This document shows positions 41,055-49,726 of a DNA stretch of 64,000 nucleotides, piece by piece. How positions within the stretch are numbered: position 1 is the stretch's first letter; every line of letters begins with the position of its first letter. Made by a program: the position numbers and the translations under genes. A model generated the notes under the pieces. It saw only the letters and a list, made by a program, of their open reading frames with translations, ran no database searches and was not told the origin of the DNA. The DNA is taken from the IMG/VR virus record IMGVR_UViG_3300035181_000377, positions 2,828 through 66,827 of that record. The stretch is one strand, 5' to 3'. The DNA is from a virus.

Positions 41055-42041
41055 ATGTTTAAAAATGACGCGTGTAGCAATACTTGTATTCCAACAAGTA
41101 CTGTAGAATTAAAATTATGGGAAGAAGAGGAAGGTGTTTTAGGATACTTAGATTTTAGTTCTAATCAACGTATATTAAAAACTGAAAAAGGTATCTTTAT
41201 CATTGGTGGTAGAGTAAATGGTAAGATATCTAATTCAGTAGTATATGCTAAAGATATTGGTGCTAGTAAATATGAAAATGCTAAAAAACAATATGACTTA
41301 CCAGAAGCATTAGAAAACTTTTCAGTAGTAGGTTCTGGTGATTATATATTTGTTATTGGTGGAGCTACTGTAAGTGGTATCTCTGATAAAATTTATAGAA
41401 GTAAAATAGATGAGTTTGAAGTGCTAGGTGAATGGAAAATGGTAGGTACTTTACCTAAACCTTTAGCTAATGCCTCAATTATTAAAGTTGATACTACCTT
41501 ACTTATCGTAGGTGGTGATGATGAAGAATCTGTTAGTAATCAAATATACATAACTACTTTATTAGATAATGGTACTATTGGTTCTGTAATTTCTTATGCA
41601 GAAATGCCTTTAGCTTTAACTAATTGTAAACTAGTTTTAACAAAAAACAAACTTTACATTATGAGTGGTATTAAAGAAGATGGTTTTGAGAATGAAGATA
41701 TCTATTCTTCTCTATTTACTAGTAAATTTGGTAGTTTATCTACGTCTTTTAATAAAGAAGGTAAAATACCTTGTACATTCTTAGGCGCTAACTTAGTTTA
41801 TGCTGCTAATAATGTTTTTGTTATTGGTGGTATTAAAAATGGTAGAACTAGTGCCTTAATATATCGTGCTGGGATTGATACTAGTGGTAACATATGGTCT
41901 TGGTATAAAGGCGGTTCTTTACCACGCCCTAACGCTAATAGCGCTGCATTAGTAACGACTAATAAGTTATATCTATTTGGTGGTTACAACGATAGAGACT
42001 TATCAGACACTTTAATATGTAGCTTTGATGGTTGGTTGTAA
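41055..42041 (+). CDS. Kelch-repeat beta-propeller protein
   Basis: Six ~52-aa repeats with FIIGG, FVIGG, LIVGG, YIMSG, FVIGG, YLFGG and W....LP motifs. Confidence 0.85.
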   Translation: MFKNDACSNTCIPTSTVELKLWEEEEGVLGYLDFSSNQRILKTEKGIFIIGGRVNGKISNSVVYAKDIGASKYENAKKQYDLPEALENFSVVGSGDYIFVIGGATVSGISDKIYRSKIDEFEVLGEWKMVGTLPKPLANASIIKVDTTLLIVGGDDEESVSNQIYITTLLDNGTIGSVISYAEMPLALTNCKLVLTKNKLYIMSGIKEDGFENEDIYSSLFTSKFGSLSTSFNKEGKIPCTFLGANLVYAANNVFVIGGIKNGRTSALIYRAGIDTSGNIWSWYKGGSLPRPNANSAALVTTNKLYLFGGYNDRDLSDTLICSFDGWL

Positions 42042-42053
42042 ATAGTGATTATA

Positions 42054-42085
42054 AATAGAGTAGCTATTGCTACTCTATTTTTTTT
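42054..42085 (+). terminator. Intrinsic terminator
   Basis: AAATAGAGTAGC-tatt-GCTACTCTATTT. Confidence 0.85.
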
Positions 42086-42169
42086 TGAATGCATTTTTTT
42101 TCAGTCATATATAACTTTAATGAGAGTTGTACAATGTGTATAACAAAACCTTTTTTAAGGAGATTTATC
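42084..42169 (+). promoter_or_regulatory. Repeated early promoter + hairpin + RBS module
   Basis: CATATATAACTTTAATG; hairpin GTTGTACA-atg-TGTATAAC; AAGGAG. Confidence 0.8.
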
Positions 42170-42433
42170 ATGAAAGTTTCTAAAACAAAAAACTATGGCG
42201 TGGATAATACAGTTGTATTATCCACCCCTTCACAAAAGAAGTACAATGATAAAGTGCGCGCATACGCCGCGCGAGGAAAGCGCTTCATGGAAACCTGCCG
42301 CAAGGGTAACGGCAAGGTCAGTATACGAGTATGGAACGGAGCATATAAATACTTGAAGTGGTTGGAATCTTATAAAAAAGGGGTTAGAGGTAATAAGCTC
42401 CCTTATAATAAGATGTTACCACCAACACGATGA
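42170..42433 (+). CDS. Small, highly basic hypothetical protein (87 aa)
   Basis: Start after AAGGAG; K/R-rich. Confidence 0.7.
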   Translation: MKVSKTKNYGVDNTVVLSTPSQKKYNDKVRAYAARGKRFMETCRKGNGKVSIRVWNGAYKYLKWLESYKKGVRGNKLPYNKMLPPTR

Positions 42434-42434
42434 T

Positions 42435-42481
42435 TGTAGACATGTGGATTACTCCACATGTCTACAGTTTTATTTTTTTTT
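42435..42481. terminator. Terminator between convergent genes
   Basis: TGTAGACATGTGGA-ttac-TCCACATGTCTACA followed by T-tract. Confidence 0.8.
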
Positions 42482-42483
42482 AT

Positions 42484-44685
42484 TTAATTATCACCAAATA
42501 CAAAGCTACTACTATTAGTGGTTATCCCACGAGCATTATCCACTAGTTGTCTTTGTGGACCTCTATTCATAGTTCTATTAAATCTCTTTTCTTTTCTAAG
42601 AGAATATAATAATTCATCTACAGAGAACTGCTCACCTTCTTTTAATATTAACTTACTATTGAGTTGTTTCATTCTAGATTCTAACTTATAGTAAATTACC
42701 TCATCTCGTTCAGTACGCAATTGTTCATAGATGTGCTCTATTTCTTCACGTACTTTACGTTGCATATGTTCTACATATGGGTCAAAGTTTTCTACTTCTC
42801 TTTTTCTATTAGAATTATTAATCAAAATGTCTGAACTATTAATTCCATAGAAAATAAGATTCTTAGCTTGTGTTAAAAACCAGAAGCATAATAAGAAAGC
42901 AATTACCATATCGTCATGACCGCCTTCAGGATGATCTACTCTACCGTTACGAGTAGTTAAACTTGTAATCTGGTCAATAGTCATTCCATCATGCACTCTA
43001 TCACCCACCATCTTACCAGCAGCTTGTAAAGTAACTGAATATAAGTCTGTTCTTGAAGTTATGCCTACGCCAGATGTAGAGAAACCAAAATGCTTTTTAT
43101 ACTTAACAAAAGTATCTGTAGATTTTCTACCTAAAGGTATAGCACATTCATCAAACCGTTCTCTAAATTCATCGCTATCGTTTACACATCTATTAAATAA
43201 ACGTTTAAACGGATCTATATTTTTAGCAGGTAGCATTAATGTTAGGTAGTCTATAATCATTCCGCCTGTAGATCTACGTTCTATCACACAAGTTAAATTA
43301 TCAAACCTAACAAAGAATGTAACTAACCATTGTGCAAATGTAATTAAGTTAGTTTCATTATAGTTACCAGCAGCCACTACATCGCCCGTCAGTGCATCCA
43401 TTATTAATAATGATATATCATCACCACCACCAGCTTCGCTCGAATCTATACCCATTATAAAGTGTCCTTGGGCCATTCTAAATTCAATATCTGTTTCATC
43501 TATATACCATCTAGTAATATAGCCATAGTTAGGTGATATTTCTGAATAGAAATCAGATTTTTGAGAGTTTCTAATTTTCTCTAGTATCTGTATAGATAGT
43601 GGAGATGATAATGTGCCTGATGTCCATACGTTAAAGAAATCTCGGTCAGCATCTTCACCAGTGGCTAACGAATCTTCAATAGTGCGTCTTAACCATTCAT
43701 CACTATAACCTAACTGCCTGTGATTAAAAGTACAATTTACACGTAAACTATCAGTGCGTGAATTCTTTCTAATGATTAATTCTAAATTTTCTAAATTATC
43801 GGCATCATAAAAACCTTCAGTCCAGACAGCACTATCCATTAATAGATTATACATGTATCGACCATCTCTATCGTCTTTTTTACCAGCGGTAGTAGTAATC
43901 ATAGTACCATAAGGTTCGCCAGCGCGCCTAGCATTATCTCTAGCGGCAGTACCGGCAGCCAATGCAGCTGGCAAAGATATACCTACGTTAGATAAGAATG
44001 CAGCTTCATCGAACTGGAAAATAGGACTAGTCAAACCACGACCTACGTTCAAAGCCATCTTAGGAGACTTATTAGGTAAGTGTGCTTTGTAAGCGTTGTT
44101 TAAAGACTTGACTGTTATTTGTTCAGTATTGTTTAAGTCATGCCTAGTCTTTTGATTTAAGTAAAAAGGTAATAAGTCTCTAATTTCTTTTACTTTCTCA
44201 ATAGTTTCTGCACGTAGTGTATCATCCTTAGTTAATAAGTTAATATTAGTACCTGTACAACCTATGTTTAATAAATAAACGTTTAGAGTATTAGCTGAGA
44301 ATGATTTACCTGTTTGACGAATCTGAATTAATAGTGTTGTAATGTGGTTAAAGAATAACCAATACAATGCCATGTTACCACGGTTAGCAATAAACTTACT
44401 AGTCCTGGTACCAGCCATACCAGGTACTCTAGCGACTTCACGTATGTAATACCAAAAGTTTTGTTTACATTCAGCAGCTATTAAAACTATTTGATCTATA
44501 GTTAAGTTAGGATCAAAAGGATCTACACCTTGTAATTCTGGATTTAATAATGCTAATGGGAATAAATGATTTTTAATACCCATGTGTTTAAATAAAGCAG
44601 CCACTTTTAAAAATGATTCATTTGTTGTTTTAGTATCAGCTATGGCATTAGGATAATTTTGCCAATCAGATTCGAATAGTATAAT
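42484..44685 (-). CDS. terL: Terminase large subunit (phiKZ gp25-like)
   Basis: Walker A IRQTGKS, Walker B FQFDEAAF, TTTAG, nuclease motifs MGIDSSE and GGHDDMVIA; frame stays open upstream to an ATT at 44685 after AAGGAG. Confidence 0.92.
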   Translation of the reverse strand: MILFESDWQNYPNAIADTKTTNESFLKVAALFKHMGIKNHLFPLALLNPELQGVDPFDPNLTIDQIVLIAAECKQNFWYYIREVARVPGMAGTRTSKFIANRGNMALYWLFFNHITTLLIQIRQTGKSFSANTLNVYLLNIGCTGTNINLLTKDDTLRAETIEKVKEIRDLLPFYLNQKTRHDLNNTEQITVKSLNNAYKAHLPNKSPKMALNVGRGLTSPIFQFDEAAFLSNVGISLPAALAAGTAARDNARRAGEPYGTMITTTAGKKDDRDGRYMYNLLMDSAVWTEGFYDADNLENLELIIRKNSRTDSLRVNCTFNHRQLGYSDEWLRRTIEDSLATGEDADRDFFNVWTSGTLSSPLSIQILEKIRNSQKSDFYSEISPNYGYITRWYIDETDIEFRMAQGHFIMGIDSSEAGGGDDISLLIMDALTGDVVAAGNYNETNLITFAQWLVTFFVRFDNLTCVIERRSTGGMIIDYLTLMLPAKNIDPFKRLFNRCVNDSDEFRERFDECAIPLGRKSTDTFVKYKKHFGFSTSGVGITSRTDLYSVTLQAAGKMVGDRVHDGMTIDQITSLTTRNGRVDHPEGGHDDMVIAFLLCFWFLTQAKNLIFYGINSSDILINNSNRKREVENFDPYVEHMQRKVREEIEHIYEQLRTERDEVIYYKLESRMKQLNSKLILKEGEQFSVDELLYSLRKEKRFNRTMNRGPQRQLVDNARGITTNSSSFVFGDN

Positions 44686-44735
44686 TTTAATTCTCCTTTA
44701 ATATGTTCATTATTATTAATAGTATTTTAAAATAT

Positions 44736-44823
44736 TTGATTTCATTTTATTTCAATCGCATATAACTTTAATGAAGATTGTATAATCCTATACAATTTCT
44801 TTACTTATATTAGGAGAAACAAA
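44736..44823 (+). promoter_or_regulatory. Early promoter + hairpin + RBS module (variant)
   Basis: CATATAACTTTAATG; hairpin ATTGTATA-atcc-TATACAAT; leader shared with the copy at 62823. Confidence 0.75.
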
Positions 44824-45297
44824 ATGATTAAGATTGATAATGTAGAATATGCGGAATTTAATGATGAGGCTATAGCTGCAGCAGCTATAGGTAAAAAAAT
44901 AGAGTATATTGATTTACTATTAGTAGAAGTATTACCAGAAGCGCCTCTAGCTAAAGACATTCGGTATTTTGGTTTACCAAAGGTAAAAGTATTACCAAAT
45001 ACTCCTTTAGTTGAAAGAGTACGGTATCAAATTTTACCTATGGTAGAAATATTACCAGAAACACCATTAGTTGAAAAAATAGAGTATTATAATTTACCAA
45101 ATGTAAAAGTATTACCAAATACTCCATTAGCTAAGGAAGTAGGGTATTATAATTTACCACTGGTAAAAGTGTTACCAAAAACACCCTTAGTTGAAAAGGC
45201 ATGGTATGTTAGTTTACCGTTAGTAGAATCATTACCATCCACACCTTTAGCTAAAGACATTTGGTATTTTGGTTTACCATTGTTAAATATTGGTTAG
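44824..45297 (+). CDS. 20-aa tandem-repeat (LRR-like) protein, 6 repeats
   Basis: 27-aa cap + 6 x YxxLPxVxxLPxTPLxxxxx + YFGLPLLNIG. Confidence 0.85.
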   Translation: MIKIDNVEYAEFNDEAIAAAAIGKKIEYIDLLLVEVLPEAPLAKDIRYFGLPKVKVLPNTPLVERVRYQILPMVEILPETPLVEKIEYYNLPNVKVLPNTPLAKEVGYYNLPLVKVLPKTPLVEKAWYVSLPLVESLPSTPLAKDIWYFGLPLLNIG

Positions 45298-45304
45298 AAA
45301 TTAT

Positions 45305-45337
45305 AAATAGAGTAGCATTAGCTACTCTATTTTTTTT
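45305..45337 (+). terminator. Intrinsic terminator
   Basis: AAATAGAGTAGC-atta-GCTACTCTATTT. Confidence 0.85.
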
Positions 45338-45427
45338 GATTCCATTTTTTTTTCAGTCATATATAACATAATTGAACGTTGTACATAATGTACAACAATT
45401 TCTTTATTTTTTAAAAGGAGATTTATC
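45336..45427 (+). promoter_or_regulatory. Repeated early promoter + hairpin + RBS module
   Basis: CATATATAACATAATTG; hairpin GTTGTACA-taa-TGTACAAC; AAGGAG. Confidence 0.8.
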
Positions 45428-45721
45428 ATGTCACATTCAGACAACCTTTCTGTTTTATCATCCACGTTCGGCGCGGAGTTTTATAAACTTTATAAAAGCT
45501 TGCCAGACAACAGCCTTATTGCTATATGGTTGCAGTTTGGAAGCCCAGAACCAGAGTTAGTTTATTGTCTTCCAGAGGAGTCATGCATGACTCCTCTGGA
45601 GGTACGAAGTCTTGACGGAGTCCGTAAAGGTATCCGTATATACAGTTATGATGTACTACGGGCGATAAAAAGCGCACTGCCATTTACTTGTGGGGCGTTT
45701 ATAAACGCATTTCACAAATGA
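45428..45721 (+). CDS. Hypothetical protein, early cassette
   Basis: 97 aa between promoter module and terminator (45725-45762). Confidence 0.75.
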   Translation: MSHSDNLSVLSSTFGAEFYKLYKSLPDNSLIAIWLQFGSPEPELVYCLPEESCMTPLEVRSLDGVRKGIRIYSYDVLRAIKSALPFTCGAFINAFHK

Positions 45722-45760
45722 TTAAAATAGAGAGGGGCTGATGCCCCTCTCTATTTTTTT

Positions 45761-46150
45761 TTATTTCAATAATTCTTTTTTAAGACAATCTAAATAAAAG
45801 CAAACTAATATTTCATATATTTCTTTGTCTTTATTAATCATCCTAAAAACAGACCCTTTTGCGTAGAGTCTAGATTCTTTCAATAATTTTAATTTCTCTG
45901 GTACATTGTCGCTATATTCAGCAGATACAATATAAATTACTTTATCTTTGTAGTACAACTTATTAAAAATATAATAACATACTTTAATAGTTTCTTTATG
46001 AAAATAAAAGTTAATCTCTAAACCTTCAACATATTTAACACAAAGTATGGCAGGAACACTTTTACCTGTAATCAAATTCGACATATAAAAACTAACGCCA
46101 TTAAAGTACATGTATGTTTTTAATAAGACTTTTTTTATATTATTAAACAT
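45761..46150 (-). CDS. Hypothetical protein
   Basis: 129-aa ORF downstream of the tRNA cluster; weak RBS. Confidence 0.55.
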   Translation of the reverse strand: MFNNIKKVLLKTYMYFNGVSFYMSNLITGKSVPAILCVKYVEGLEINFYFHKETIKVCYYIFNKLYYKDKVIYIVSAEYSDNVPEKLKLLKESRLYAKGSVFRMINKDKEIYEILVCFYLDCLKKELLK

Positions 46151-46213
46151 ATTGATGGTCCCATGGGTGGTTACATAGGATTACAGTAACAATAATATAA
46201 ACAAACATTTGGG

Positions 46214-46298
46214 CTGAAAAAGTGGGATTCGAACCCACGGACACTTTCGCGTCGGCAGTTTTCAAGACTGCTGCCTTAAACCACTCGGCCATTTTTCA
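46214..46298 (-). tRNA. tRNA-Ser(TGA)
   Basis: Acceptor TGAAAAA/TTTTTCA-G, GGCCGAGTGGTTTAAGGC D-arm, GCAGT-ct TGA aa-ACTGC, long variable arm, GGTTCGAATCC. Confidence 0.9.
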
Positions 46299-46299
46299 A

Positions 46300-46361
46300 T
46301 GGTGCCCTCTATCTGACCCGAATAGACACACCACTGCTCTACCAGGATGAGCTAAGAGGGC
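46300..46361 (-). pseudogene. tRNA-like element lacking the anticodon arm
   Basis: GCCCTCT/AGAGGGC-ACCA acceptor, GCTC/GAGC D-arm, short linker, imperfect T-arm. Confidence 0.8.
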
Positions 46362-46367
46362 GTACTA

Positions 46368-46583
46368 CTAAGCTTTATTTTTCTTTGTTACTGCAAATGC
46401 GACCATACCAATACCAACACACATTAATGCAAGGTTACTAGGTTCAGGTACAGGTGGAGTAACTCTAGCTACTATTCTTTTTTTAAAATTACTATGCAAA
46501 TTACCGGCATTAAACGTAATTGCGTGTGCAGATAATGAAAAAAATAAGCATGAAATAACTATTGCGAATTTACTTTTTGTCAT
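46368..46583 (-). CDS. Small secreted PEP-CTERM protein
   Basis: Signal peptide ending SAHA; C-terminal PVPEPSNLALMCVGIGMVAFAVTKKNKA; AGGAG RBS. Confidence 0.88.
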   Translation of the reverse strand: MTKSKFAIVISCLFFSLSAHAITFNAGNLHSNFKKRIVARVTPPVPEPSNLALMCVGIGMVAFAVTKKNKA

Positions 46584-46622
46584 GACGTTTCTCCTAAAGA
46601 ATTAAACCTACAAAAAAAATTA

Positions 46623-46698
46623 TGGCTGGAAAGACAGGTCTCGAACCTGTGACCGACGGATTAACGGTCCGTTACTCTACCAACTGAGTTACTTTCCA
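46623..46698 (-). tRNA. tRNA-Asn(GTT)
   Basis: TGGAAAG/CTTTCCA-GCCA acceptor, ACGGA-cc GTT aa-TCCGT, GGTTCGAGACC. Confidence 0.9.
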
Positions 46699-46741
46699 AT
46701 ATTTTTAATCTTTACATATAAATAGTAATCAAAGTAAAGTT

Positions 46742-47968
46742 TTAACTATAATGTTGTTTAGTGAATGCACGTAACACTATATACAAATAAATACTAGTAC
46801 GTATAGATGACATAGCATTTTCATTTGTAGTGCCTGTTGCTTTCTTAACTATCTCTTCACCAATGTCCCGCATCTTCATAAGTGTAGGATCGGTACTTCT
46901 AGAACTTAAATAGACACCTCTAATTCTAGATAAAAACCCAGGTAAATCTTTAGTGTCTGAAAGTGTAGTAGATTCAGTATTTAAGTAATCGTAACTATGA
47001 ACCATTACTAACTTAACAAAATCTTCTACTTCAGTACTATGTTTATTATTAATATTTATATTTAGCCACTCTAAACTTTTTATAAAGTTTTTTTCTTGAG
47101 TAGTAAACATTAATTTTAATATCACTTCTACTAACTCTTTTTTAATAAAAGAATTCTTATCAGACATTACACTAAGGATATATCTAGTATAGTTTTCTAA
47201 TCCGTGAGATTTATCTTTGAAAGCTTCTACACCATCAGTATCTATTACTGTCCCTGAAGTAGTAGAAATTCTATCACCACGATCATGTATCTTTTTAAAT
47301 TCAGAATAAATATTTTTTAACATATCACGAATACGACCTTGTGAATCTGTCACTGCGTAAATAATGCTTAAATCATCATTAAATTTAATAAATGTTTTAT
47401 AATGAATACCATGCTTATTAATCATTTCTTCAGCGCGGAATAATAATACACCAGACCAACTACCAATCTTCTTTAATAGAAATTTATAACTTAAATTAGC
47501 ATAGGTTGCTTGAGCAGTACTCTCTAATGCAGGATATCTAAAATAACTAGTATGCAGACCGCAGAGTATTCTGTAATTAAATATCAAAGCCACATCAGTA
47601 GCAGCTCTAATTTTTTTATCATCAGCTAAATATTCACTAGTTAAGAATTTATGTATTAGATACATAAATGTTAAGTTAAAAGTATCACTACCAACTATGT
47701 GGTCAGTATTAACATCTTTAACATTCTTTAAGTCTTCAGATATATCGTCTATATCTGTATCTAATATTTCATTAAATATTTTATTAGTATCTGTAGGTGT
47801 AAATCTAATTACATTTACACCTGTTAAATTACCACCAAAGAAAGACATATGTTCTTCATTTTTACTAATGAAGCCAGATTGAAATATATAAAACTTATCG
47901 GCTAAAGATTTATTAAACTTTAGGTGACCTAAGTGTTTTTCAAATACCTCTAATAAAGATAAACTCAT
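46742..47968 (-). CDS. Conserved phiKZ-like protein, probably virion-associated
   Basis: KNEEHMSFFGGNLTGV, DSQGRIRD, YLSSRS motifs. Confidence 0.65.
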   Translation of the reverse strand: MSLSLLEVFEKHLGHLKFNKSLADKFYIFQSGFISKNEEHMSFFGGNLTGVNVIRFTPTDTNKIFNEILDTDIDDISEDLKNVKDVNTDHIVGSDTFNLTFMYLIHKFLTSEYLADDKKIRAATDVALIFNYRILCGLHTSYFRYPALESTAQATYANLSYKFLLKKIGSWSGVLLFRAEEMINKHGIHYKTFIKFNDDLSIIYAVTDSQGRIRDMLKNIYSEFKKIHDRGDRISTTSGTVIDTDGVEAFKDKSHGLENYTRYILSVMSDKNSFIKKELVEVILKLMFTTQEKNFIKSLEWLNININNKHSTEVEDFVKLVMVHSYDYLNTESTTLSDTKDLPGFLSRIRGVYLSSRSTDPTLMKMRDIGEEIVKKATGTTNENAMSSIRTSIYLYIVLRAFTKQHYS

Positions 47969-47972
47969 TTTA

Positions 47973-48497
47973 CTACTTCTTTAATAAATGATTAATTAAA
48001 CTTTCACGTGTATAGAAAACTCTAATATTTGATTTAGTTAAAAACTCTTCTAAAATAACAACGCTATTATTAATAGGTTTTTGATTAGTCTCTATACAAA
48101 CTGAAGTAGAACTAAATTTAGGATTCTTAGTTGCTTTTAAGATACTTTCAAATGTAGCATTAATAGTACTACTATTTAGCTTATCCGAGTTAGTTACATA
48201 AATGTAGTCTGCTGGAGCATCATCTTCGTAATCATTAATTTCAGAATAATCTAACTCTGCGTCTTCTTCTTCACTTTCAGTAATGACGTCTGGTCTATCT
48301 TTACCATAGATTATATCTAGTGCTTTAGTATAAACATTACTTAACGGACCATCGAATAAAACTGTAGGTGACTTTTCATCATAAGGTGTTGTTGTCTGTG
48401 TAGTTTGTTCTGTTCCTGAGTCTTCAGTTTGCTTCTCAGGTATTTTTTCTTCTGGTGCTACAGGTAAAGTTGTTGGTCCTAAATCTAATACACTCAT
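47973..48497 (-). CDS. Hypothetical protein
   Basis: DGPLSNVYTKALD; AGGAG RBS. Confidence 0.7.
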   Translation of the reverse strand: MSVLDLGPTTLPVAPEEKIPEKQTEDSGTEQTTQTTTPYDEKSPTVLFDGPLSNVYTKALDIIYGKDRPDVITESEEEDAELDYSEINDYEDDAPADYIYVTNSDKLNSSTINATFESILKATKNPKFSSTSVCIETNQKPINNSVVILEEFLTKSNIRVFYTRESLINHLLKK

Positions 48498-48774
48498 TAT
48501 TAACTCCTATTTGTTTAAGTAGTCTTTCAAAGGATTGAATGTTAAAATACTTTTTTTAATGTTGAGTGTGTATGATATAGAAAAACCGGCAGGATTTTTC
48601 TAGGTGCCAGAGCATATCTTTGGGGATAAAGGGGCAGAACGAAGAGAGAGCCCCAAGAGTGAGAGAGGTAGAGAGTGTGTACTATACACACAGATACCCA
48701 CGATACATCGTGTCATTATTTTAATAGAATGCAATATTCATTATAGAGCATATGTTAATACTAGGATAAGTAAA

Positions 48775-49623
48775 ATGAACGATAAAAAATATTATATAAG
48801 TTTAGAAGAATTCAATAGTAATTTAGAACAAAGAATAAATAAAGATATAAATGACTTAGAAGTAATAACACCAGCGATGGACCCAACTCGTAATAACTTT
48901 TATATCTATCCTTTAATTACTGATTTATTAATTAATAGAAACGGTGTTATTATTAGAAAGAGCACAGATAGGATATTATTAAGTTATCCTAAAGGTAGAG
49001 GCTATCTTACTGTAAAGCATCCTGAAGGTGGTAAGTTACGTGATTGTAGAGTTCATAGACTACTTGCTATTACTTTCATTGGTAGACCGTCTAGACATGC
49101 AAACACACCGTATAATAGATTACATGTCAACCATATTAACGGTAAACATTCAGATAACCGATTAGTTAATTTAGAGTGGTGTGATTATAAAGAGAATATA
49201 CAACATGCTTCTGATAATTGTTTATTACATACTGTCGCTATTTTAGCTAAACACCTTATTACAAATACTATAATTAAATTTAAGAGTATTAAATCATGCA
49301 GCAGCTATTTTAATATTAATGCCAATACTTTTCAAAATATGTTTAGTAGAAATGGTGAGTGTAGAGGGTTTAAAGATAATTATATATTTAAGCGCGACGA
49401 TGATAAGGATTGGAGAATTTTTCCTAATGAAGAAATGTATGAGTTAGGTAAAAATAATTACCATGAAGTAATGTTAGTAGATATAAATACTAATTATAAA
49501 ATAATATTTGGAACTATTGTAGAAGCAGCTAATTACATAAATATATCTAATAGTGCGTTAGGTGGTTATGTAGATGCTGATAAGATAATTCCAGGAACTA
49601 ATTATAAATGTGTTAGTATTTAA
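48775..49623 (+). CDS. HNH homing endonuclease with NUMOD-like C-terminal repeats
   Basis: GYLTV...RVHRLLAITFI...HVNHINGKHSDNRLVNLEWC..KENIQHA; start at ATG 48775 after AGGA. Confidence 0.88.
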   Translation: MNDKKYYISLEEFNSNLEQRINKDINDLEVITPAMDPTRNNFYIYPLITDLLINRNGVIIRKSTDRILLSYPKGRGYLTVKHPEGGKLRDCRVHRLLAITFIGRPSRHANTPYNRLHVNHINGKHSDNRLVNLEWCDYKENIQHASDNCLLHTVAILAKHLITNTIIKFKSIKSCSSYFNINANTFQNMFSRNGECRGFKDNYIFKRDDDKDWRIFPNEEMYELGKNNYHEVMLVDINTNYKIIFGTIVEAANYINISNSALGGYVDADKIIPGTNYKCVSI

Positions 49624-49627
49624 TAGT

Positions 49628-49726
49628 TGATTCCAAAATTAATTAACCATATATAACTTTAATGAGTCTAGTACAATCCTGTAATAGATAATCATTTTGT
49701 TTAATTAATTTTTTAGGAGATTTATC
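49628..49726 (+). promoter_or_regulatory. Early promoter module (divergent copy)
   Basis: CATATATAACTTTAATG; hairpin TCTAGTACA-atcc-TGTAATAGA; AGGAGATTTATC. Confidence 0.7.

Noticed and set aside
46150-46200. Possible further tRNA remnant (TGGTCCC...)
   Set aside because: No D-arm, T-arm or acceptor pairing could be found.
48604-48774. N-terminal extension of the HNH ORF from GTG 48604
   Set aside because: No RBS and atypical composition; ATG 48775 has an AGGA RBS.
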